Of a DNA stretch of 64,000 nucleotides, positions 13,451 through 24,948 are shown in pieces. A model generated the notes under the pieces. The model had not been told where the DNA came from and ran no database searches. It saw only the letters and a program-made list of their open reading frames with translations. Every line of letters begins with the position of its first letter. The stretch's first letter is position 1. Source of the DNA: Octopus vulgaris (taxonomy: Eukaryota); NCBI GenBank assembly GCA_951406725.2, contig OX597823.1, forward strand, positions 13,268,001-13,332,000, written 5' to 3'. The position numbers were made by a program, and so were the translations under genes.

Positions 13451-14679
13451 TCAGGCTATCCCATATGTTCTGTCCGATTTTACCTTTTTTAAAATTGAAT
13501 GAAATTTAATTGTATTTTAGAATGTCTAATGGGATAAAAAATATTTTTCTGCATTTGTTTACATTTAAACTAATTAAATATTATTTTACAGATTAATAGA
13601 ATTAAAATTAAATTTCTAATATGGATGTATCCAAAGACCATTTGAGGCACATAATGCTTTAAGAGTACAAAAAAGGAAACTCTGCAGCTGAAGCGACTCG
13701 ACACACACTCAGTTTATGGGAAAGAATGATTGAATGAAAGAACTTGCAGAATATGGTTTGCAAAATTCAGAAGTGGAGATTTCAGCCTTGAAGATGAAAA
13801 ATGAACAGGACGTCCAGCTGAGTATGATGATAAGCTCCTTGAGGCATTACTTGAAGAAAATCCTGCATGATCAGTTGAAGAATTGTCAATAAAGCTTAGT
13901 TCAAATCATACAACTGTTCATCGTTATTTTCAATAACTTGGAAAGGTTTCTAAACTTGGAAAATGGGTACCTCATGAACTGTCCGAAAGCAACCGCAAAT
14001 CCCGAATTGACATCTACTCTTCTCTCCATTCTCGCGAACTCATTTCAGCCTTTTTGGATAGACTTGTAGCTGGTGACGAGAAATGGATCTTCTATCGAAA
14101 TGTTAAACGTCGTAAACAGTGGCTTGGTAAAAAGGAAAAAGCTCAACCACAACCGAGAAGAGAAAAAGTTTCTTCTCTCTATCTGATGGGATTGCAAAGA
14201 AGTAATTAACCTCGAATTGTTACCCTTAATACAACAATCAATGCTGAAGTCTATTAGAGCGTTTGAACTAAGCTTTGAAGAAAAAAAGACCCGCTTTAGT
14301 GAATCGGAAAGGAGTGATGTTTCATCAGGACAATGCGCGTCCCAACACTGCAATATCCAATATCACATCACAGAAGATCGAAGAGCTTGGCTGGGAAAAA
14401 CTTCCTCATCCCCTTTATTCTTCCGACCTTGCTCCTTCAGACTACTATTTGCTTCGTAGTTTACAGAATCATTTGGGGGGCATATATTTCGCAAACCAGG
14501 CGGTCGAAACTGACATTTCAGAGTTCTTCGCTTTGAAACCAAAAGAGTTTTACATTGATGGGATTAAAAAGCTAGTAAATAGATGGAAGGAAACCATAGG
14601 TAATCAGGGAAAGTACATTAACATTTGATCACTTGTTTTCTTTATTCAAAATCCGGACAGATCTTATCAGATGGCCTGA
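13451..14679 (+). mobile_element. mariner (DD34D-type) DNA transposon, full length, inactive
   Basis: TA-flanked imperfect TIRs tcaggctatcccatatgttctgtccgatttt / aaaatccggacagatcttatcagatggcctga. Confidence 0.92.
13621..14628 (+). pseudogene. mariner transposase pseudogene
   Basis: MDVSKDHLRHIML start; WVPHEL, GDEKW, HQDNARP and YSSDLAPSDY motifs; stops and frameshifts. Confidence 0.92.
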
Positions 14680-15199
14680 TATAATTCTACTATAAGGCTA
14701 CAAACCACTGACTGGGAACGCTGCTACTGCTTAGACGTGAGAATCAGTGGCTACAGATTGCAACTAACAGAGAGGACATTGAGTATTGTTTGCTGAAACG
14801 GATTAATTTTTTCCGTTACAATTTCAGGTATTAAGATTTCTGTAAACTCCATATCAGTATAAGTAAATTTTATGGAGGTCTCAGAAAAGTATACGAACTA
14901 ATGGAGTATTAACTACTAGTGTGCTACAATGAGGCCTGCTGGTGCTAATAAACTAATGGTTCAGTTTTCCTATTTGATTTTGATTTTGATTTTTCCAGTT
15001 TCAGCTTATGAGCTGTGGTCTGGAAACCAGTGTCTATTGGTATGTGTGGGGTAATATTCATAGAAATTTGTCAAGAATTGTTCAAAATTATAAAATAACG
15101 TGCCTCATTTCTGGCAGTAGAAAAACAACAGGATTTTTTATTATAGACAATACAGCCGGCTTTTGCAATACGTGCCGTTCTGTCACAGCAAAAACAATA

Positions 15200-17215
15200 T
15201 TTCTGCAGTAGTTATGTAGGGAATGATCCAGAATATTTTGAGTGAAATCATTCTACGCTCCCGGGATCTCGGTATAAAACTTGATACGGAAGCAAGATTC
15301 TCAGTACCCGTAACTAGAAGGAATGTAATTGTTCAGTAAAAGTTTATTTAAGTCCTATGTAGCTCCTTGAGAGTTTTTCCGGTGAAATGAGAGTCGCTCT
15401 ATAGAGCACTTTGGAAACACAGATTCCTCTCAATAGCAAGGTGATTTAACAGGCAGATCCTGGAGTTAAAGATGGTGCAGGTCTATGACTATCTCTGTTA
15501 AAACGTGCAATATTGAAAATTATAATGCCTTGGCAAGAATAACTCACATTAACCTTATGCACTTTACGAAGCTTTTAATAATTGTAGGTGATTAGGATAT
15601 GTTGAACAATTACGGGTTGAAAGTTTCCATTAATGTTCCTCGTGATATCTAAATTCAATTTTTTTCTAGTATTAGTATCTGAACATCAAATGCTTGGACA
15701 TGCTGTATTACGTCATTCACTAAATATAATGGATAATAGCACTTGATGTGTGCATCTTTATATCTTTCAAGTTGCGTATCACCGGCATTTATATCGAACA
15801 CAATTGTGCATATGCTATTGACTAAATTTAATGATACATACGTAGCCGTGTGCATCGGGTGACATGAGGTAAAAACTGGGTATTATTTATAATTTGCAGA
15901 TTTGTATTATATGTCTATCTCAATTTGGTTGTTTAAAATTCATTCTTAAAATGGTAAATTTGTTTTACTATATTCATTTTTTAATTGAGTATTATTATTT
16001 CATTAGCTATTATAAATTAATAGAATTCCTTTATGGTCTCAATCTAAAGAATTAAATATTTTTTTAGAAATGTTCCCAGTTTTCTCTTATATATCAATAG
16101 AAACATTTTCCATATCTTTATAAAGATTTCTGTTGCATTTCTGTAATTGTATAAACTTGGACTATGTCCATCACCAACGACATTTCAGGTTTTTGTCAGT
16201 CGTAGTTGACATCTCACCTAAAATAGTTATTTTGGGAGTAAATCTTAATTCTTCAAATATGAAATTTTTTACAGGCTCTTGCAATTTTGCTTCACTCTCC
16301 AAGAGCAATTCTGTTGCATTTCTTACATGTTCCTATCCAAGTTCACTACATTAGACGATTCAACAATTTTCTTTTCAGTGATAATTCTTAGAATGTGGTC
16401 CAACATATCTACATCGCCTTCTTAAAACATTAAATACCTTTTGGAAACGGTTTCTTTAAAATGTCTAAATATGTGGGTTCGCACATATTGAACCAGAGTT
16501 TATAGGTTTTAATTTCATAGCGTTTTGCGATAGAATATAAATGCATATAGATATCAATTTCTTAAATATGTCAACTTACTTTGATTATTTCTATTTTTTC
16601 TAAGACAAAGAACTCTAGAATTACATATAAATTTAGTTAGGCAACCATATTCTTTAGTTGTCAATCCTTTCGGTATATACCTATCAAACTTATACGATTT
16701 TTCAACGTCCTGTTGGTTATAGATTTACGTATTTTGTAGTCTATATTGACTTAAGATTTTTATAGGATTCAACAACCAAAAGATTAGCTGCACCTCCTTT
16801 AACAGGTTTTTTAACTGCCAATTCGCCAACAATTTTGAATTCAATTATATTTTCCCATAAAGTTTAACACAGTTCTTTATTTATATATATCATATTGATA
16901 ATACAAAATATGTTCACAAAATTTATTAAGTACTTTATTTCTACCTTTCGGTGAGGAATAATTGTCTTTGTTTCCAACAAGTAATTCATCTTCGTTATTC
17001 TTCGAAAATAATTCTCCTCTGAGTCGTAATTTTCTAAAAAAAATTCTGAAACTTATCTTTAATTTAATTTTAATTTGATCTCCCGGGTTTCAGGTAAATT
17101 TTTTATCTTTTTAGTAATATATTGATTTATGATATCATAACTATCTTTCTTTCTCTTATGTTTTTTGCTACATTTGTTATATTTTCTATATTTTGTTCGA
17201 ACACGTGTCACTGTT
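15200..17215 (-). mobile_element. Heavily degraded Penelope-like element related to the 57344-59497 ORF
   Basis: HTATYVSLNLVNSICTIVFDINAGDTQL..YYPLYLVNDVIQ aligns with HTRMNIPFNLAKRICTIVSNANTRDTRL..NYPPSLIDKCIQ; remnants of the RKLRL..NEDE (~17000) and KGGAA (~16790) motifs lie in colinear order. Confidence 0.75.
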
Positions 17216-17851
17216 CCCCTGGACAGGGCCTAAAAAGTGGTTATTTAAATTACAATTTCAATTGTTAGTTTTGTGACTCCATTTATGTATTTTGGAATGC
17301 TATTTTGGGATATAATATTAAGTGTACTCAAGGTTTCCATGATTTTTGGACAAGATTCTAATCGTTTTCTTTGATAATTTCTTATTATTGGAGAAACACC
17401 GATGTTTCTGTCTTAAAAACAATTTCTTCTTGATGTAATTATAATTTCACAGCTTCTATGCCTGTTTTGTAAACAAACATTTTACTTTGAAATAGCCTTG
17501 TGTTATATTCTTCTCAAAGACTATGTATTTTAACATTATAGGATGGTTAGCGGTTTGTACATAGATTTTCAGATTTGTTATTTTTTCTTGCTTTTTTGAA
17601 ATAGGTTCTTAGAATTATGTTTCTGCCCGTATTTGGTTTCTCAATTATGGAACGTGTTATCATTTTTGGTTCTTCGAGGTTGAATGGAGTTCAGGTTTCC
17701 GGTTCCACAATTTGTTCCATAGTTTTGAAATAACCTCTAGAATTTCTCCATTTGCATATTTTCTGAGTTTAATATGCTATTTGTTCGCTTATGGTTTTAA
17801 ATTCCTCTCACGATCCCCGATGCTTTTATCTACTCTGGTCTACCCGTCTAA

Positions 17852-17882
<31 letters not shown>

Positions 17883-18473
17883 CATACATGCATACATACA
17901 CATATATATATACACATATAAATATACATATATATATATACGTACACAATATATATATATACATATACATACACACATATTTAAATACATGCATATGTAT
18001 ATGCACAAGAATATATATATATGTGCCCATGTACATATATTCATAAATACGTAGTCATAATTTCATAAATGAATACGTACCCTACCTGCATCTCTATGTA
18101 AGCATCAAATTATTTATACTTATAAAACCGTTCATAAATATATACTGGTAGCTAAACAAGCAAATCTGTATATTTTACAAAGCAAAATCATAGCAACGGT
18201 CAATACATCTATCATGACCAGAAAGTCCACTGTTACTCAAGGGGAATAGATAGAGTTATAGAAACGTTCAATGGAGTCCCTAAATTGATGTACTGAAGGT
18301 ATCTTGATGCATGGAATTTTGATGCCCGCAAGTGAACCATCTCAACCGACAGAACATGAACACAATACATTATTTATAACTTAGGCGCATTATCAAACTT
18401 TTCTCGATTTTCTGGTTGCCCCAATTTTAGATGTTAAGGACATACATAGGTATGATTGATGTTTACCTGTTAT

Positions 18474-18864
18474 TTTGGAAGCACTCCGTCGGTTACGACG
18501 ACGAGGGTTCCGGTTGATCCGAATCAACGGAACAGCCTGCTCGTGAAATTAACGTGTAAGTGGCTGAGCACTCCACAGACACGTGCACCCTTAACGTAGT
18601 TCTCGGGGATATTCAGCGTGACACAGAGAGTGACAAGGCCGGCCCTTTGAAATACAGGTACAACAGAAACAGGAAGTAAGAGAGAGAGAGAAAAAGTTGT
18701 GGTGAAAGAGTACAGCAGGGATCACCACCATCCCTGCCGGAGCCTCGTGGAGCTTTTAGGTGTTTTCGCTCAATAAACACTCACAACGCCCGGTCTGGGA
18801 ATCGAAACCGCGATCCTATGACCGCGAGTCCGCTGCCCTAACTACTGGGCCATTGCGCCTCCCC
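18474..18864 (-). mobile_element. tRNA-derived SINE family D, full length with TSD
   Basis: Head ggaggcgcaatggcccagtagttaggg, B box ggtttcgattccc; 11-bp TSD ttacctgttat at 18463-18473 and 18865-18875. Confidence 0.9.
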
Positions 18865-19104
18865 TTACCTGTTATACATCTGTATGTAGAGCTAAATGTA
18901 GAGATATGACTGAGCAATCTACTAAACACTGACCGTCATCCGATCTATTGTAACCTTCCTAATTTGTGATGTCAAATAAACATCTTCTGCATTTTCGTTC
19001 TAATTCTCTTTCTTTTCGATTCTTTTTTCAACTCCATCATCATACTTTTACAGATGATCTTACTTTCTCCAAACTTTTCCCCGTCTGCCTTTAAAACTTT
19101 ACTG

Positions 19105-19300
19105 TGAGTCGTTTTTCTAAAATAATTTCTGAAACTTATCTTTAATTTAATTTTAATTTGATCTCCCGAGTTTCAGGTTAATATTTTGTCTTTTTAGTAG
19201 TATATTGATTTATGATATCATTGATGTGTTGTTTTTTTTGGGAGGGGGGGGGGCATTTGTTATATTTTCTATATTTTGTTCGAACGCATGTCGCTGTTCC
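19105..19300 (-). repeat. Diverged direct duplicate of 17020-17215
   Basis: Shared ttctgaaacttatctttaatttaattttaatttgatctccc and tatattttctatattttgttcgaac. Confidence 0.85.
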
Positions 19301-19439
19301 ACATATTCTTGGTTTTTGCCATAGTCTCGTTGACAACGACTAAGAGAATAGTACCCTGCAAGAAGGAACTCCATCAAAACATATAAGACTATTTTCACAA
19401 AGTCAAAGGTTACGTAGGACGTCATATATATAATCGCTA

Positions 19440-19610
19440 TATATATATATATAAAGCTGAAGTTGTCTGTGTATGGCAGGTTTGGTAGCCTTCAACTAAC
19501 ACTATCTCCTCCGAGACCCTGCGGCAAAAGTTGAGCAAAATTGAGAGTATGATAGAAGAAGGCTTGCAGTTCCATCCGTAGAAGACAAATTCAAATCAGA
19601 CCATGTTAAC
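19440..19610 (+). mobile_element. Possible Helitron 5' fragment
   Basis: tatatatataaagctgaagttgtctgt start resembles the 5' end of the 51073-51470 element; no 3' end seen. Confidence 0.4.
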
Positions 19611-19825
19611 ATCTTGTTTCTTGTTAACACAACGTTTCGACTGATATACCCTCAAGCCTTCATCGGGTGTCTTGGGTTATTTTTCGATGCTATGATTATT
19701 ATTATTATTATTATTATCATTATTATTATTATTATTTATTATTATTCAGATCACTGCCTGGAATTGAACTCGGAATCTTGGGGTTAGTAGCCTGAGCACT
19801 TAACCACTACGCCATATGCCCGTGG
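19610..19825 (-). mobile_element. tRNA-head SINE-like element with (AAT)n spacer and 3' hammerhead motif
   Basis: Head gggcatatggcgtagtggttaag with B box gagttcaattcc (19747-19825), then AAT run, then HHR-like fold. Confidence 0.7.
19626..19671 (-). ncRNA. Minimal type I hammerhead motif (U4C variant in this copy)
   Basis: gacac CCGATGA aggcttga..tcagtc GAAA cgtt gtgtt; stem I gacac/gtgtt, palindromic aacgtt stem III. Confidence 0.65.
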
Positions 19826-19898
19826 CACTTAAAACGGATTCCTACAGGTAACATGTAAGAGACTTTAAATGAACCTACACATACGCTTGCACACACAC

Positions 19899-20037
<139 letters not shown>

Positions 20038-20450
20038 TATATATATATATGCATGTATAAAAGCTTAAATCCAAGAGGTATGAGAAGTAAATATAAATTT
20101 CTTTAACTATTTCGCTTCCGTGGTAGTCAATGCTCAGGCTTGGACTGCTTCCTAATCCGCCAGCTTGGAAGCACCAAGAGAAAGGAATAAGAAACCCGCA
20201 CAGATATAGAACAAGTAAGAGCTAGTAGGATGGTGGAACTCAGCCAACAAAGAGCCGGAACAAGATAGTCCCATATATAGCTGCGGTAAATTAGCTGGTC
20301 GGACTTCTAATGGACCAAGGTACAGCGTATCAGATTTCTAAATACAGGCTGCCTACCTCTCTTTCCCATGTGGACACTTATGGGACAGGAGTTAAACACC
20401 GTCTTGTCCCTGGCCCCTTCCCCATCTTCTCAACATACATACATATATAT

Positions 20451-20790
20451 GGCGCATGGCTCAGTGGTTAGAGCGTTGAGCTTACGATCGTGAGGTTGTG
20501 AGCTCGAATCCCGGACCGGGCTGCGTGTTGTGTTCTTGAGCAAAGCACTTTATTTCACGTTGCTCCAGTTCACTCAGCTGTAGAAATGAGTTTCGACGTC
20601 ACAGGTGCCAAGCTGTATCGACCTTTGTCTTTCCCTTGGATAACACTGGTGGTGTGGAGAGGGGAGGCTGGTATGCATGGGCGACTGCTGGTCTTCCATA
20701 AACAACCTTGCCCGGACTTGTGTCTAGGAGGGTAACTTTCTAGGTGCAATCCCATGTTCATTCAGGACCGAAGGGGGTCTTTACCCTTAC
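20451..20790 (+). mobile_element. tRNA-derived SINE family C
   Basis: ggcgcatggctcagtggttagagcg head; homologous to 9017-9309. Confidence 0.88.
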
Positions 20791-21069
20791 ATATATATAA
20801 AATTTAAACACATGACGAATCCACTCGTTCGATTCAACACGCTAGAAAGAACATGGTAAAATGTTTTTATTTTTTCATTTGGTTCCTGTCGTATTTTATC
20901 CCTAATTTTGTGGTTGTAGAACCTAGCTGTTCTTTCTAGCGCGTTGAATCCACGAGTGGGTTCCTTATGTGTTTAAATGTACACTGTATTTTGTGATTAA
21001 ATTTTTACACTTTAGGCCACTGGAAATGAAAATTTAAATTAATTTCCATTTCCCTTTGATACGATTAAG

Positions 21070-21158
<89 letters not shown>

Positions 21159-22009
21159 ATATATAAGTACTCGACTTAACAATACTAATTATCAATGTGT
21201 CGCCTTGTGTATGAAATGTGTGAGAGATGCATCAGATCCGAGAGTAAACAATGTAGATTCAGATATTTGCAAAACGTGAAGAGTTCCCCGCTGGTTCTGT
21301 GTATAAATGCAACGAAAAATTTGATTTTATACGTCGGTGGTTTCCGGAATCTAAATCGCTGGTACAGTGGTTTGATAACGAATATATCTAAAGAGAGAAT
21401 GGTTACATACACTGTAAAGGGAGTACTACACCGGATATATTCTGAATGCCACGTTACTTTACAACAAGAGACGATGCTAAAACGCACACACTGACAGACA
21501 GACAGACCCACACAATCCACACACATATATATGTATATAACGCACGACTTGAGCGAGTGCTTTTTAACGTTTATTGTTGATCTTTATGGTCTTCCCATTC
21601 TTTCGATTACACTGAGCTGATTTAATGTGCTTCAAACAATAACACCATGCAGCTAATAAGGTAACTGTGCCAGTACATAATAAAATATATCAATAAAGCT
21701 TTTCTGTGATTCAATATTTATTGATTATGGAGAGAAACATTACAAAGTCTCAAATATTACATGGTTACTGATGTAAATGAAATGATAGAAATTTGTTGCT
21801 GTCTAACTTCATCACGAAAGAGATACAACACACACACACACACACACACACACACGTACGTTTCGTCTATCTATCCACATGTGTGTTTATGTGTGCATAT
21901 ATATATATATATATATATAATTTTAATCCAAACGGGAAACAAAAAAACAACAACAAGGGAACAATTACAGTATTATTATTAATAGGCGCTCAGGAAATGG
22001 AAGCAGGGA

Positions 22010-22046
22010 GGTATGACGTTTCGAGCGGAGCTCTTCGTCGGAAACA
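22010..22046 (-). ncRNA. Minimal PLE hammerhead motif (degenerate core)
   Basis: CCGACGA a gagc-tcc-gctc GAAA cgtc; stem I weak. Confidence 0.6.
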
Positions 22047-22214
22047 TAAAGAAGGAAGAGAGAGGAAAGAAAGATCCCGGAGCGGGCAACGGAGATAGAG
22101 AAAAAAACGGCTGGTGTTAGCAGAAGCACATGGTGAAAGGCGGATGTTTACGATAACAAGAGCAAAGTGGGTTTTTAAAGGCAAAAGAGTGGAGACAAGG
22201 TTGGTAACGCAACA

Positions 22215-24910
22215 GATGTGTGTGTATGTGTGAGTGTGTGCGTGTGCGTGTGTGTATGTGTGTGTGTGAGGCGAGGTAAAAAAAACAAAAAATATATGTA
22301 TGTGTTAGTGTGTGCGTCTGTGTGTAGGCGTGTGAGGTAGGGCGAGACGGTGGTCAGCATAGCAGCAGCATAGCAGACAAAGGTCAGTAGTGAGAAAAGG
22401 GAGGAAGGAGGAAGGGAGGGAGGGGAAGGGGTGGGGGCGTATGTAGCGTGCCAGCGTGTGTTGAGTAGTAGTGTGTGTGTGTGTCCAGTGTCGTGGTAGT
22501 ATTAGTGGCGAGTAGATTGAATGTGTGTAAGAGTGATGTATATGTTTAAGCAATGTGTGTATATGTGTGCGCGTGTGTGTAACGAAAAAAAAGGGGGGGG
22601 GTTTAGGAAAAGGACTCCAGCGGAGGGGAAGATGGAGGAGTGGTCCCGCGGAGACGGGCGTGGGAAAACCCAACGACAAGCGACATCCCAGGAACGGGCG
22701 GGAGGTCTCGTCGGATCCAAGGGCGAGGTGCATGCGGGCGCATGCGTGCGCGAACCGGCGCAAACGCGTGTGTGCGCGAGCCTGCGAGTGTGCGCGTACG
22801 TATGTGTGCGTGTGGATGTGTGAGTGTGTCTGTGTGTATGTCTGGGTGGCAGTGTGTCCGATGAATGTATGTGAGTATGTGTGTATATATGTGTGTGCAT
22901 AGATGTATGTCCGTGTGTGTGTGTGTGTGTGTATGTGTGTATGAGTGTGTATGTATGTACGTGTGGGTGTGGGGAAGTGTGTGTATGTGCATGTGTGTGC
23001 GCGAACATACAGGTGTGTGAGTGAGTGCGTGTGTGTGTATGTATGTGTGAGTGTGTATGTATGTGTGTGTAGGATGCATGTATGTGTATGGGTGTATGTA
23101 TGCGTGTGTGTATGTATGTATGTGTACGTGCGTGTGTGTGTGTGTATGCGTGTAGGTGTGCGCGTGTGCATGCGTGCATGTATGTGCGTATGTGTGTGTG
23201 TGTGCATGTGTGTGGGTATATATGTGTGTGCGTATATGTGTGTGTATGTGCGTACATGTGTGTGTGTGTGCATGTGTGTGTGTAGGTGTGTAGGCGTGTG
23301 TGTATAGGTGTATGTATGTAAGTATGTATGGGTGTGTCCGTGTATGTGTGTATGTATGTGTGTGTATGTAGCTGTGTGGGCGTGTGTATATGTGTGTGTA
23401 TGTAGGTGTGTAGGCGTGTGTATATAGGTGTATGTATGTATGTCTGGGTGTGTCCGTGCATGTTTGTGTGTGTGTGTGTGTGCATGTGTATGTAGGTGTG
23501 TGTGTACGTGTGTAATGTATGTGTGTATGCGTGTGTATGCGTGCGTGTGTGTATGTAGGTGCGTGTGTATGTGTGTGGGAGTGTAGGTGTGTGTGTGCGT
23601 GTGCGTGTTTATGTTGGTGTGTGCGTATGTGAGTGTGAGTGTATGAGTGTTTGTCATGCATGTGTGTGCGCGTGCAGGTGAGTGTGTGTGTAAGTATGTG
23701 TGTGTGTATGTTTGTGTGAGTGTGTATGTGTGTATGTCTGTGTGTATGTATGTGCGTATAGGAGTATGTAGGTATGTGTGTGTGTATGTATATGGGTGTA
23801 TGTATGTGTGTGTGTGTGCATGTGTATAAGTATATGCGTGTGTGCGTATGTGTGTGTATGTGTATGTGTGTGTGTTTATGTATGTGTGTATGTATGTGTG
23901 TAGGCGTGAGTGTGTAGATGTATCTATGTATGGGTGTGTGTCAGTGTGTGTTTGTGTGTGTGTAGGTAGATGTGTGTGTCTGAGTGAGGGTATGGCTGTG
24001 TAGGTGTGTGTGTGTATGAATGTAAGTGTGTGCGTATACAAGTGTAATGTATGTATGTGGGTGTGTGTGTGTGTGTATGTGTACGTGTGCGTGTGTATGT
24101 GTGTGTGTGTATGCGTGTGAGTGTGGGTGTATGGGTGTATGTCTGTGTGTGTGTATGTCTGAAGTGGGTATGTGTGTGTATGTATGTATGTGTGTGTGTG
24201 TGCGGGTATGTGTGTGTGTGTATGTGTGTGTGTGAGTAGGTGTGCGTGTATGTATGTGGGTAGGGATGCATGCGAGTGTGTGGGTATGTATGCAAACTTA
24301 CGCAAGCGCACATCCGAAGCAAGCCCACACACACGAAGCGCGCTCACGCACACAACGCACAAGCAGTGCAACGCAAGCCCAAAGGGGCCGACCGAGCCCC
24401 AGCGCGCGCCAAGGCGCGCGAGCGCAAAGGCCCTCGAACGCCCCGCTACGCGGGAACCGAGGATCCATCAGCCAAAACCGGAAAGCAGAAAAGAGGGGGG
24501 CTGCCTGGATGCAAAAAGGTGTATGTGTGTGTGCATTCAGTGTACGGGTGTGCATGTGTGGGTATGTATGTATGTATGTGCCTACATGTATGTGTGCATG
24601 TGTGTGTGTGTGAGGTATGTACGTGCGGTGTGTGTGTGTGAGTGTGTGTGTATGTATGTGCGTATGTATGTGTGTGTGTATGTGTGTATGTATGTGTGTG
24701 TGTGTGTGTGTGTAAGTATGTATGCGTGTGTGTATGTATGTGTGTGTGTATGTGCATGTGTGTCTGTAAGTGTGTGTGATTAAATGTGTGAATGTATGTA
24801 CGTAGATGGGTCTACGTATGTGTGTGTGTGAACAGGCGTGTGGGAGGTAGGTAGGTGGGTGGGAGGTAGGTGGGTGGGAGGTAGGTGGGTGGGTGTGTGT
24901 GGGTGGTGTG
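22215..24910. repeat. ~2.7-kb cryptic (TG/TATG)n low-complexity tract
   Basis: Directly visible; interrupted by two T-depleted islands. Confidence 0.92.
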
Positions 24911-24948
24911 TCCGGAAAAAAAAAAAAAAAAAAAAAAAAAAAACGGTC

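Noticed and set aside
22305-24371. 688-aa His/Thr/Tyr-rich ORF and overlapping Val/Cys ORFs
   Set aside because: Translations of cryptic CA/TG repeat that lack stops by composition; no domain.
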